A program made the position numbers and the translations under genes. From Candidatus Eiseniibacteriota bacterium (GTDB lineage: Bacteria > Eisenbacteria > RBG-16-71-46 > CAVPCR01), in contig CAVPCR010000002.1 of the NCBI GenBank assembly GCA_963702435.1, positions 256,001-320,000 on the forward strand: a stretch of 64,000 bases of DNA, in the 5' to 3' direction. The number at the start of each line of letters is the position of its first letter. The first letter of the stretch is position 1. The notes beneath the pieces are model-generated. The model did not search any database. It was given only the letters and a program-made list of their open reading frames with translations, and had not been told where the DNA came from. This document shows positions 8,701 through 18,292 of the stretch, in pieces.

Positions 8701-9458
8701 ACCCCGCCCCGAAACTCTCGATCCTCATCCCGGTCTACAACGAGGAGACGATCCTCGAGGCATCCACGCGCGCCATCGTCCAGGAGCTGGGAGCCCGCGG
8801 CTACGACTACGAGCTCATCCTCTGCGAGAACGGGAGCAAGGATCACACGGCCGCGATCGGCGCCCGGCTCGCGGCGGAGCTGCCGCACACGCAGCTCTTG
8901 CGCTATCACGAACCGAACTACGGGGGCGCGCTCCGCGCCGGCATGCGCCAGGCGACGGGCGACATCCTCATCTGCTACGAGATCGACTTCTGGGATCTCG
9001 ACTTCGTCGCCCAGGCCCTCCCTCTCCTCGAGCGTTACGACATCGTGATCGGCTCGAAGCGGGCGCAGGGCGCGGCAGACAACCGGCCCTTCATGCGGCG
9101 GCTCGCCACCATGGTCTTCAACCTCATGCTGCGCGCCCTCCTCGGGTTCCGCGGCACCGACACCCACGGACTCAAGGCACTGCGGCGCGCCGCAGTGCTC
9201 GATATCGTCGAGACCTGCGAGACCGATCGCGACGTGTTCGTGACCGAGCTCATCGTGCGCGCCCAGTACCTGGGCCTAGCGATCACCGAGATCCCGATCG
9301 CGGTGCACGAGATCCGCCCGGCGCCGATCCACATCTACCGCCGCGTGCCGCGGGCGCTCAGGCAGGTGCTCAGGCTGTGGCGGTTGTCGCGCGGCTGGCG
9401 GCAGCAGAGCCGCGCCGCGCAGGCCGCGCTCGCCGTCAAGCGCGAGGCCGCCCTCTAG
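8697..9458 (+). CDS. GT2 glycosyltransferase, polyprenyl-phosphate sugar synthase (DPM/DPG)-like
   Basis: Has SILIPVYNEE, ENGSKD, NYGGALRAG, VIGSK and DTHGLKALRR. ATGA overlap with the upstream gene. Confidence 0.85.
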   Translation: MNPAPKLSILIPVYNEETILEASTRAIVQELGARGYDYELILCENGSKDHTAAIGARLAAELPHTQLLRYHEPNYGGALRAGMRQATGDILICYEIDFWDLDFVAQALPLLERYDIVIGSKRAQGAADNRPFMRRLATMVFNLMLRALLGFRGTDTHGLKALRRAAVLDIVETCETDRDVFVTELIVRAQYLGLAITEIPIAVHEIRPAPIHIYRRVPRALRQVLRLWRLSRGWRQQSRAAQAALAVKREAAL

Positions 9459-9484
9459 CCGCCGACCCTGCCGCCGGCACTGCC

Positions 9485-10306
9485 ATGGTCAACGCGCTCA
9501 CCGTCGATCTCGAGGACTGGTACCACTCCGTCTACTCGCTCACCCCTGCGGACTGGGAGACGCTCGACGATCGGCTGGTCCCGCCCACGCGGCGGCTCCT
9601 CGCGCTCCTCGCTCGCCATCGCGCCCGCGCGACGTTCTTCGTGCTCGGCGCGGTGGCCGAGCGCCACCCCGAGCTCGTGCGCGAGATCGCGCGGGCCGGC
9701 CACGAGATCGCGAGCCACGGCATGCACCACCGTCTGGTCTACGAGCAGACGCCGGACGAATTCCGCGCCGACCTCCGCCGCTCGCTCGAGATCCTGCGCG
9801 CGGTGACCGGCGAGCCGGTCATCGGGTTCCGCGCCCCCTACTGGACGATCACCGAGCGTTCCCTGTGGGCCCTCGACATCCTCGCCGCGGAGGGGATCGC
9901 CTACGACTCGAGCATCTATCCGGTCAAGACCTACCTCTACGGCATCCCGGGCACCCCGCCCGGCCCGCACCTCCGCGCGCTGGCCGGCGGCCGCCCGCTC
10001 CACGAGGTGCCGCCGTCGACCGTGTCGGTCCTCGGGCATCGCATCCCGATCGGGGGCGGATTCTACATGCGCGCCTTTCCGGGCCGCTTCCTCATCTGGG
10101 GCATCGAGCGGCTGAACCGCACCGGGCTCCCCGCCGTCGTCTACATCCATCCGCCCGAGTTCGACCGCGACAAGCCCCGGCTCGCGCTCCCGCTCCGGGA
10201 ACGGATCTTGCACTACCACGGCCTCGGTACGGTCGAACCCAAGCTCGAGCGGATCCTCGAACGCTTCCCTTTCGCACCGGTCCGCGAGCTCCTGGGGTTG
10301 CGATAG
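9485..10306 (+). CDS. Polysaccharide deacetylase, DUF3473/PEP-CTERM-locus type
   Basis: Has NALTVDLEDWYH, ATFFVLG, HEIASHG.HH, GFRAP, YDSSIYP, GGGFYMR and YIHPPEFD. Confidence 0.9.
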   Translation: MVNALTVDLEDWYHSVYSLTPADWETLDDRLVPPTRRLLALLARHRARATFFVLGAVAERHPELVREIARAGHEIASHGMHHRLVYEQTPDEFRADLRRSLEILRAVTGEPVIGFRAPYWTITERSLWALDILAAEGIAYDSSIYPVKTYLYGIPGTPPGPHLRALAGGRPLHEVPPSTVSVLGHRIPIGGGFYMRAFPGRFLIWGIERLNRTGLPAVVYIHPPEFDRDKPRLALPLRERILHYHGLGTVEPKLERILERFPFAPVRELLGLR

Positions 10307-10385
10307 GAGTGACATAGGACGCTGTCCGGCCCCCGGTTGCGGCAGCAGCCGGTCCGCGAGCAGCCTACCGAAACGAGGCACCACG

Positions 10386-11555
10386 ATGCGCATCGCGGTG
10401 ATGCTACGCGCGATCGCCGAGGATCAGGGAACGGGGATTTACACCCGGAACCTGGTGGAAAAGCTCCTCGCCCTCGACCACGAGGACGATTTCTTCCTCA
10501 TCCACCGCGATCACCGCCACGGCCTCGGATTCGAGGAACACCCGAACGTGCACGAGCTCTGCGTCTCGGCCCCGGGCAAGCTCCTCTGGGACCAATCGGC
10601 CGTCACCCGCGTCGCCGCCCGCGAGCACGTGGATCTCCTGTTCAGTCCCAAGTTCACCGCCCCTCTCCTCGCCCCGTGCCCCACGGTGATCTCGCTCCAC
10701 GGCTCGGAGTGGTTCACCCATCCGGAGCGCTACAAGCGCCTCGACGTCGCGTACGTGCGCCTTCTCACGCCGCTCTACTGCCACCGGGCGGACGCCATCC
10801 TCTCCAACTCGGAGCTCACGACCCGGGACTTCGTCCGCCTGCTCAAGGTACCCGCAGCGAAGATCGTCACCATTCCCTTCGCGGCCCATCCCATCTTCCG
10901 CCCGGTCACGGATGAGGCCGAGCGCGAGCGGGTCCGGCGCCGCTACGGGTTGCCGCCGCGCTTCCTCCTCTTCGTCGGCAAGATCTACCCCGGAAAGAAC
11001 CTCGGCGGTCTGTTCGAAGCGTTCGCACGCCTGACGAGCGCCTACCCGGACCTCGGGCTCGTGGTCGTCGGCGACACGCGCTGGGCCTACGAGAGCGACT
11101 TCGCCCGCGTCGCGGCCCTCGGGATCACCGGCCGCGTGCTCTTCACGGGCTGGGTGCCGCAGGGAGATCTGCCGGCCATCTACTCGCAGGCGGAGCTCTT
11201 CGTCTTTCCCTCGTTCTACGAGGGTTTCGGGATCCCGGCGGTCGAAGCCATGGCCACGGGCTGTCCCGCCGCGGTGGCCGCGACCGGCGCCCTGCCCGAG
11301 GTCACGGGCGGCGCCGCCGAGCTCTTCGATCCGGCCGATCCCGCGGACATGGCGGACAAGATCGCCGCTCTTCTCGCCTCGCCGGAGCACCGCGCCGAGC
11401 TCCGGCAGCGCGGCATCATCCGGGCCCGGGACTTCAGCTGGGACAAGGCCGCGGCGGCGACCCTGGACGTCTTCCGCCGCGTGGCCCGAGGCGAGGACCC
11501 CAAGCCCCGGCCGGCTCCCTCCCCGCCCGCGAACGGTTTCCATCGCGCCGCCTGA
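10386..11555 (+). CDS. GT4 glycosyltransferase
   Basis: Has FVG..YPGKN, FPSFYEGFGIPAVEAMATG and FSWDKAA. Confidence 0.92.
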   Translation: MRIAVMLRAIAEDQGTGIYTRNLVEKLLALDHEDDFFLIHRDHRHGLGFEEHPNVHELCVSAPGKLLWDQSAVTRVAAREHVDLLFSPKFTAPLLAPCPTVISLHGSEWFTHPERYKRLDVAYVRLLTPLYCHRADAILSNSELTTRDFVRLLKVPAAKIVTIPFAAHPIFRPVTDEAERERVRRRYGLPPRFLLFVGKIYPGKNLGGLFEAFARLTSAYPDLGLVVVGDTRWAYESDFARVAALGITGRVLFTGWVPQGDLPAIYSQAELFVFPSFYEGFGIPAVEAMATGCPAAVAATGALPEVTGGAAELFDPADPADMADKIAALLASPEHRAELRQRGIIRARDFSWDKAAAATLDVFRRVARGEDPKPRPAPSPPANGFHRAA

Positions 11556-11608
11556 CGGCCGCGACGTCGTCCCGCCTCATCTGACTCTGGCGCCGGTGAG
11601 CCGGACCG

Positions 11609-11616
11609 GCTAAGAT
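11609..11616 (+). promoter_or_regulatory. Putative -10 element GCTAAGAT
   Basis: Matches the GCTAnnnT motif seen ahead of four other transcription units in this window. The -35 is weak. Confidence 0.4.
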
Positions 11617-11765
11617 GCCGCCCCGTACCGGCAGGAGGGACCATCTGCGGGTCGTGCCCGCCCGCAGGATTTCGCTCCTTCCCGCAAGCGAGGCTTCGGT
11701 GCGGCACCCTGCGCGGGAAGAGGATCCCGCAGCGGCGCCCGCCCTGATGAAAGGAGTGGGGTCCA

Positions 11766-14700
11766 GTGAGCCGATCCACGCTGCCCGGAATCCCCTGTGG
11801 TTTGTGGAGTCTGATCCGCCGTGCGGGCACCACCCGGATGCCTGCCGGGCACCACCCCGGCGGAAACGCCCCGGCCGCGCTTGGTCTCGTGGTCGCCCTC
11901 ACGGTCGGGTCCCTGGGCATGGTGGCCGGGACCGCGACCGCCGTCCTGTTCATGCCGACCGGTGACTCGATCACCGGGGGCACCCGTTCTACGGATGGTC
12001 TCGGCTTCCGCCCGCGCCTCTACACCCTGCTCAACGGCACCGGCAGCTACGACTTCGTCGGCCCGTCGGGATCCCCTCCGCACGAGGGCTACTTCGACGG
12101 CGCGCTCCGCGTCGAGAACTTCCTCGCCGGCGGCAACCACGATCTCGCGCCCATCATCGTCGACTACGATCCCGAGGTCGTCGCCATCCATCTCGGCACC
12201 AATGATGTGAACTCGACGCCCGGGCCCTACGCTCCGTGGTCCACCAACCACGCGACGCCGACGACCAACCCGAGCGGGGACCTGGGCGCGCTCATTGACT
12301 ACGCCCTCAGCGCCAATGCCGGCGGCGTGAACCGCGTGGTCATGAGCCGCATCGTCCCGATCCAGGGGCGCGATGAGGACATCGCCGATTTCAACCGCGA
12401 GGTCGTGCGCATGGTGCTCGACTACCGGAACGGCGCGGTCACCGGCAGTCCGGAGCCGGTCACCCTCGCCGACCACTACCGGCACTTCCTCGGCAACCCC
12501 GACCTCTTCTCCGGGAACGCCAACGACTGGATGTACGACTTCCTCCATCCCAACGATGCCGGGTACGACGAGATGGCGGACGTCTACTTCGACGCCGTGC
12601 GCGAGGCGCTTGCGGACACCGATCCTCCGGATCCGGTGGATGACCTCGCGGTGGCCACCGTGAGCGGGAACTCGGTGCTCCTCGTCTGGACCAACACGGG
12701 CGACGACGGGCCGGACGGAAACCCCGCGTACGCCGACGCTCGCTATGCGACCGGGTCGATCTCGACCAGCAACTTCAGGACCCAGGCGCAAGGCGGCGAC
12801 TACGAGTCGATCGGCGCCGGCGGCGCCCTCACCGGGACCCGGCTGGCCGGCCTCTCCGCCACCACCGCCTACAACTTCGCGCTCAAGCTCATGGACGACG
12901 CCGGGAACCTCTCGGCCATGTCCAACCCTACCGCGGCGACGACGACCGGTGACTCGACCTCCTGGCGGGACACCTTCACGCGGGCGATGTCCGGGCCCGG
13001 CCCCGACTGGAACGGCCCGGCCTTCATCGTGACCGGGAGCGAGCTCGAGAACACCGCAAACGACTTCGCAACCGCCGTCTTCACTCCGGTCCGGAACGCC
13101 GTGAGCACCGAGATCACCTGGGGCGCCGGCGCCGATGCGGCGGGCATCCAGCAGGCCGGGATCGCCTGCCGCCTGGAGAGCGCGGACCCGGCGGCCGTCG
13201 ACGGCTACCTCGTTTACCGCAACACCGGGGCCAATCAGACGCTCACGCTCCGCGAGCTCGTCGACGGGCGCCCGGGCACCCTCATCCAGAACGTGCCGGC
13301 GGCCCTCTCGGCGCCCCAGGCTGGCGATAGCTTCCAGGTCGTCCTCACCTCGGACGCCTCCGGCCATCACTTCGCGGTCTTCCTGAACGGAGCGCAGGAC
13401 GGCGTCCTCACCGATGCGCTCAAGCGCCGCGGCAACGACGCCTACTACTGCGGGATCACGACCGACGGCCGCCTCAACAACAACATCGCCGACTGGGTGC
13501 TCGAGTCGAACCCCATCAACCTGCCGCCCGCCCCCTTCAACCTGCTCACGCCGGCCGACGCGGCCCTCCTCCCGAACCTGAATCCCTACTACGACTGGCA
13601 GGCGAGCGCCGACCCGAACGGCGACCCGGTCACCTACACGCTCTACCGATCCACCGATCCGGCCTTCCCGCCCGGCGCGACGACCGAGATCGGCGACCTC
13701 GCCGAGAGCTTCTACACGACGGGCGAGCTCCTCATCCCCAACCGCACCTACTACTGGAAGGTGCGGGCCGAGGACCCGCAGGGGGCGTTCACCTTCTCGA
13801 ACACGACGCGCAGCTTCTCGACCGACGACCTGCAGCAGCTCGGCGACGACTTCGAGCGGACCGCGCTCGGCCCGGACTGGGCGGCCGATCCGAGCGCCTA
13901 CGTGCTCGCGAACGGCGAGCTCGACGGCATCCTCCCCGGCTACACCCACATCGCCGTGTACCGGCCGGTCGAGAGCCCGGTCTCGATCGAGTGGCAATGG
14001 GCCGAGACCGCCGTTCAGAGCGCCCTCGGCCAGGCCGGCGGGCTCCTCGGCCTCGACGGCGACGGCACCAACGCGAGCGGCTACTTCGTTTTCCGGAACA
14101 CGACCGGCGTCCAGCGCTGGGGCGTCTTCCGGGTGGACAACGGGGCCCTCAACGGATCGCTCGGCATCGACCAGCCGGGCCGCGGCCCGCTGCCGGGACC
14201 GGGGGATCGGATTCGCATCGTCTTCACGAGAACCGCCACGGCTCACGTCTTCGACTGCTACGTGAACGACGTGTTCGACGCGCGCATGACCGATGCGCAA
14301 CGCCGCTACGGCACGGCACCCGTCACCTACGCGGGTCTTCTCCTCGGCGAGAACGGCTCCAACAATGTCGAGAGCTTCGCGGCAATGGGCCGCGACCTGA
14401 ACCTGCCGCCGGGGGCCTTCTCGCTTCTCGCGCCGCTCGACGGCGAGCGCGTCCTCTCTCTCTCGCCGTTCCTCCGCTGGGAGGCGGCAGCCGATCCGAA
14501 CCCGGGCGACCTCGTCACCTACACGGTGATCTACGATACCGACCCCGCGTTCGGCTCGCCGGACAGCCTCGCTCCGACTACCGCCACCGAGACCGCGTAC
14601 TCGGGTCCGCTCTCCACCGGAGATGCGATCCACTGGCGCGTGACGGCCGTCGACGCCGGCGGCGGGAGCGCCGTCTCGCTCCAGACCTGGTCGTTCCAGT

Positions 14701-16154
14701 TCGCCCCCATCCTCACCTTCGTCGACGATTTCAACCGGGCGCTCCTCGGTCCCAGCTGGGGCGGCGACACGAACGTGATGAAGATCGTGGCGAACGAGCT
14801 TGCGAATACCTCCGGCAGCTCGAGCTTCGACATCGCGGTGTATGCGGCGCGCTCGAACCCGGACGCTGTCGAGTTCAGGTGGAGCCCGAGCGCCAATCAG
14901 GACGGGATCCGCCGCGGCGGCCTCGCGCTCCGCCTCAACAACACGAGCGGCACCCCGTCCGGGTACCTCGTGCGGATCGACCCGGTGGCCAACCAGGGGT
15001 GGCTCGATGAGATCCGGAACGGGGGCGTCAACACGCGCCTGGCCGCCGTTCCCGGGCAGACGCCGGCGCCGGGACCGAACCGGCGCTTCAAGGCCGCCAT
15101 GAGCACCGACGCCGCCGGCCATCACTTCGATCTCTACGTGGACGGCGTCTTCCACTCGCGACTCACCGATCCCGGCCGCACGCAGGGGAACGGCGCGGTC
15201 CTCTATGCGGGCGTGGCGCTCGGCGGCCTGAATGCGAACGAAGTCGACGACTTCACGATGACCGCGTTCAACTTCGGACCGCCGCCGGTGAGCTTCGCCC
15301 TCCTCGCACCCGCGCACGCCGACACCGGGGTCGCCGCCGTGCCCTCCTTCCGCTGGCGCGCGGCGGGAGAGCCTGGGCTCCTCTACACGGTGTTCGTGGG
15401 CACCGACTCGTCGTTCGCCGCCTGCGACTCAGTGGCTGCAGTGACCGACACAACGCTCACGTGGCCCGAGTCGCTCAACCTCGCCACCAATTACGTGTGG
15501 CGGGTGCGCGCCACCGATGGCGTGGCCTCGAGCTTCAATCAGAACGGCTGGCACCGCTTCCGCACGACCGCGGTGAGCGCGGTCGAGCTCGCGAGCTTCA
15601 CGGCCCGCGGCGAGGCGGGCCAGGTGCGGCTCGAGTGGGCGACGGGGAGCGAGACCGACCATCTCGGCTTCCACGTCTGGCGAGCGGACGATCCCGCCGG
15701 AGAACGCGTGCGGCTCACTGCCGCCGGGGCGCTCGTCACCGGCCGCAGCCCCTACACCTACGTGGACCGCACGGCGGCGCCCGGCGTGAGCCATGCGTAC
15801 TGGATCGAAGCGGTGGATCGCGCCGGCGGAACCGAACGCTACGGGCCGGTGGTCACCGCCGCCCTCGCCCCGGCGCTCGAGCTCGCGCTCCATCGCATCA
15901 CGCCGAATCCGGGAGCGGCACCCATGACCCTGCGCTTCGACCTGCCGGCGGCCGCCCCGGTCCGCCTCGTGCTCTTCGATGCGAGCGGCCGCGCGGTGCG
16001 CTCGCTCGTCCGGGAGTCGCTCGCGGCCGGGCAGCACACCGCCGTCTGGGACGGGCGCACGGAGAGCGGCGCTCCGGCCGGCTCCGGGATCTACTTCGCG
16101 CGGATCACGGTCGGCGACTGGACGGCGGCCCAGAAGCTCCTCCTCATGCGATAG
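11766..16154 (+). CDS. Large secreted SGNH/GDSL hydrolase with FN3-like and lectin-like repeats and a C-terminal FlgD-Ig/T9SS-type sorting domain
   Basis: AAGGAG before the GTG and a hydrophobic signal. SGNH blocks GDSIT, HLGTND and DFLHPN. Three roughly 293-aa repeats, an AVELASFTA domain, and a C-terminus PNP..WDG..SGIYF..KLLLMR. Confidence 0.85.
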   Translation: MSRSTLPGIPCGLWSLIRRAGTTRMPAGHHPGGNAPAALGLVVALTVGSLGMVAGTATAVLFMPTGDSITGGTRSTDGLGFRPRLYTLLNGTGSYDFVGPSGSPPHEGYFDGALRVENFLAGGNHDLAPIIVDYDPEVVAIHLGTNDVNSTPGPYAPWSTNHATPTTNPSGDLGALIDYALSANAGGVNRVVMSRIVPIQGRDEDIADFNREVVRMVLDYRNGAVTGSPEPVTLADHYRHFLGNPDLFSGNANDWMYDFLHPNDAGYDEMADVYFDAVREALADTDPPDPVDDLAVATVSGNSVLLVWTNTGDDGPDGNPAYADARYATGSISTSNFRTQAQGGDYESIGAGGALTGTRLAGLSATTAYNFALKLMDDAGNLSAMSNPTAATTTGDSTSWRDTFTRAMSGPGPDWNGPAFIVTGSELENTANDFATAVFTPVRNAVSTEITWGAGADAAGIQQAGIACRLESADPAAVDGYLVYRNTGANQTLTLRELVDGRPGTLIQNVPAALSAPQAGDSFQVVLTSDASGHHFAVFLNGAQDGVLTDALKRRGNDAYYCGITTDGRLNNNIADWVLESNPINLPPAPFNLLTPADAALLPNLNPYYDWQASADPNGDPVTYTLYRSTDPAFPPGATTEIGDLAESFYTTGELLIPNRTYYWKVRAEDPQGAFTFSNTTRSFSTDDLQQLGDDFERTALGPDWAADPSAYVLANGELDGILPGYTHIAVYRPVESPVSIEWQWAETAVQSALGQAGGLLGLDGDGTNASGYFVFRNTTGVQRWGVFRVDNGALNGSLGIDQPGRGPLPGPGDRIRIVFTRTATAHVFDCYVNDVFDARMTDAQRRYGTAPVTYAGLLLGENGSNNVESFAAMGRDLNLPPGAFSLLAPLDGERVLSLSPFLRWEAAADPNPGDLVTYTVIYDTDPAFGSPDSLAPTTATETAYSGPLSTGDAIHWRVTAVDAGGGSAVSLQTWSFQFAPILTFVDDFNRALLGPSWGGDTNVMKIVANELANTSGSSSFDIAVYAARSNPDAVEFRWSPSANQDGIRRGGLALRLNNTSGTPSGYLVRIDPVANQGWLDEIRNGGVNTRLAAVPGQTPAPGPNRRFKAAMSTDAAGHHFDLYVDGVFHSRLTDPGRTQGNGAVLYAGVALGGLNANEVDDFTMTAFNFGPPPVSFALLAPAHADTGVAAVPSFRWRAAGEPGLLYTVFVGTDSSFAACDSVAAVTDTTLTWPESLNLATNYVWRVRATDGVASSFNQNGWHRFRTTAVSAVELASFTARGEAGQVRLEWATGSETDHLGFHVWRADDPAGERVRLTAAGALVTGRSPYTYVDRTAAPGVSHAYWIEAVDRAGGTERYGPVVTAALAPALELALHRITPNPGAAPMTLRFDLPAAAPVRLVLFDASGRAVRSLVRESLAAGQHTAVWDGRTESGAPAGSGIYFARITVGDWTAAQKLLLMR

Positions 16155-16155
16155 C

Positions 16156-17127
16156 TCACGCGCCGAGCGCGCCGCCGGACGTCGGGGCGGGCGGAGCGGC
16201 GGCGGTCGCGTCCGCCGCTCCGCGCAGGAAGGCGCCGGGCAGGAGCCCGACCAGGGTGACGACGCGTCCGACCAGGGCGAGGAGGAAGGCCTCGCTCGGG
16301 CTGAGTCCTGCCTGCCCGAACAGCGCCACGTACAGCCCCTCGCGGATGCCGATGGCGTCGACCGAGATGGGGATGCGCGAGACGAAGAGGTCGAGCGGGA
16401 TCACGAGCAGGAAGACCGGCAGGCCGAGGCCGTAACCGAGCGCCCTCGCCATGCAGTAGGCCGCGACGACGGGGATCAGCTGCTCGAGGAACGACCAGGC
16501 GGAGAAGCGGGCGAGCGCTCCATGGTGCCCGCGGTAGACGCGGAACGCCGTCGCGAAGCGCGCGATCGGCGCCGGCAACCGATCATGCCACGGGCCGTGC
16601 AGCGCGAGCGCGAGGCCGCCCACCCCGAGCCCGACCGCGGCCAGCGCGAGCCCGAGGAGCGGCGCCAGGTCGCGGCGCGTCCCGAGCACGAACCCGCCCA
16701 GGGTGAGGACGATGAGCGCCGCCGAGGCGATGAGCCCGAGCAGGCGCTCCATGACCACCGAGGCGGTCACCGCCAGCGCGCGCTCCTTGCCTCCGCTCAC
16801 CTGCATGATGCGGATCACGTCGCCGCCGACTCCGGTCGGCAGGAAGCTCCCGTAGAAGGTCGCGACGAAGTAGCTGCGCACGAGCGCGCCGAGCGAGCGC
16901 GCGACGCCCTGCGCGGTGAGCAGCAGCCGCCACTTGGCCGCCATCACCACCCGGTCGAGCACGACGCAGGCGAGAGCGGCCGCGATCCAGGCCGGCCGCG
17001 CGCCGGCGAGCGCGGCCAGGATCTCGCGCCCGCTGACGAGACGGACGACGAGCGCGAGCGCCACCGCGCTCGCCAGGACGCGGGCGATGAGACCCGCCCG
17101 CCGGCGCCAGGGCGGGCGCGCGTTCAC
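16156..17127 (-). CDS. Lysylphosphatidylglycerol synthase TM-domain (UPF0104) flippase-like membrane protein
   Basis: Has KWRLLL, FLPTGVGGDVIR, SVVMERLLG and IPISVDAIGIRE. GTGA overlap with the upstream GT4. Confidence 0.88.
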   Translation of the reverse strand: MNARPPWRRRAGLIARVLASAVALALVVRLVSGREILAALAGARPAWIAAALACVVLDRVVMAAKWRLLLTAQGVARSLGALVRSYFVATFYGSFLPTGVGGDVIRIMQVSGGKERALAVTASVVMERLLGLIASAALIVLTLGGFVLGTRRDLAPLLGLALAAVGLGVGGLALALHGPWHDRLPAPIARFATAFRVYRGHHGALARFSAWSFLEQLIPVVAAYCMARALGYGLGLPVFLLVIPLDLFVSRIPISVDAIGIREGLYVALFGQAGLSPSEAFLLALVGRVVTLVGLLPGAFLRGAADATAAAPPAPTSGGALGA

Positions 17128-18281
17128 CGCGGCTCCGCGGGCGGGCGCGCGGCGGACGCGGCGCGACCGGCCGGCGCCCGCGCGGCGTGGGCCGCCTCGT
17201 AGACCGCCAGCGACTCGCGGGCCGCCTTCCGCCAGCTGAAGCCGGCGGCCTGCTCCCGCCCGCGGCGCGCGAGCTCGGCGGCGAGCACCGGATCGGCGAG
17301 CACGCGGCGGATCCCGGCGGCGATGTCCTCGGGCCGGTACGGATCGACGAGCACGGCCGCCTTCCCCGCGACCTCGGGACCGCATCCGGTTCGCGACGTG
17401 ACGACCGGGCACCCGCAGGCCATGGCCTCGACAATCGGAATTCCGAATCCCTCGTACAGAGAGGGCAGGACGAGAAGCGAAGCCAGATTGTAGAAAGCAG
17501 GCAGGTCCTCGTCGGGCGCGAATCCCACCTGCATCACGCGATCCTCGAGACCGAGTTCCTCGATCAGGGCGACATCGGCGGCATACTTCCAGCGCCTGAA
17601 ACCGACGGCCACGAGCGGCTGCGAGAAGTCGCCGCCGAGTAAGGCCAGGGCGCGGAGAAGGTTCGCGAAGTTCTTGAGCGGGCTGAGACCGCCGACGAAG
17701 AGAATGAAGCGATCGGGCAGCCGGTAGCGTTCCTTGACGGCGGCGAGGTCGGCCGGAGCGAGCGGTCGGAACCGCGCATGCGCGGCCTCGTGCACGGGAT
17801 GGAGCTTCCGGCGATCGGCCCCGATGTAGCCCACGATATCGTCGATCCCCATCTGGGTGGTCGAGATGATCGCCGCGGCGTGCCGGCAGAAGAGCGGCAT
17901 CATGAGCCGCGTGTAGAGGCGATCGTGGCGCTTGAACACCTGATGCACCGCGAACTGCTCGGCGCCGTGGAGGGTGAACACCGAGGGCCGGCCGGAGAGA
18001 AGCGGCACCGAGAGCTTGGGATTCACGATGAGATCGAGGGCGAGGCGGCGGGCGGCGAGCGGCACTGCGATCTGGTCCCAGCCGAGCCTGGTCGGGAAGC
18101 GGACGAGGACCTCCTCCACCCGGCGCCGGCCGGCGTAGGTGCCGAGAAGGCTCGGGTGATCGTAGAGGAACACGAACTCGTGTCCCGACTCGAGGCCGAT
18201 GAGCTCCTCGATCAGGTTGACGGTGTAGACCTTGATCCCGCCCAGCTCGCGCAGGTTGCGCAGCATGAATCCTATTCGCAT
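17124..18281 (-). CDS. GT4 glycosyltransferase
   Basis: MRIG N-terminus and PSLYEGFGIPIVEAMACG. Resembles 10386..11555. Confidence 0.92.
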   Translation of the reverse strand: MRIGFMLRNLRELGGIKVYTVNLIEELIGLESGHEFVFLYDHPSLLGTYAGRRRVEEVLVRFPTRLGWDQIAVPLAARRLALDLIVNPKLSVPLLSGRPSVFTLHGAEQFAVHQVFKRHDRLYTRLMMPLFCRHAAAIISTTQMGIDDIVGYIGADRRKLHPVHEAAHARFRPLAPADLAAVKERYRLPDRFILFVGGLSPLKNFANLLRALALLGGDFSQPLVAVGFRRWKYAADVALIEELGLEDRVMQVGFAPDEDLPAFYNLASLLVLPSLYEGFGIPIVEAMACGCPVVTSRTGCGPEVAGKAAVLVDPYRPEDIAAGIRRVLADPVLAAELARRGREQAAGFSWRKAARESLAVYEAAHAARAPAGRAASAARPPAEPR

Positions 18282-18292
18282 GGCGGCGTACT

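Noticed and set aside
11610..15317. 1235-aa antisense ORF, and similar long shadow ORFs (e.g. 21953-24655, 29551-32232, 40664-43480, 58634-61249)
   Set aside because: They lie opposite well-supported genes, are Arg/Gly/Ala-rich without motifs, and are expected from stop-codon scarcity at high GC.
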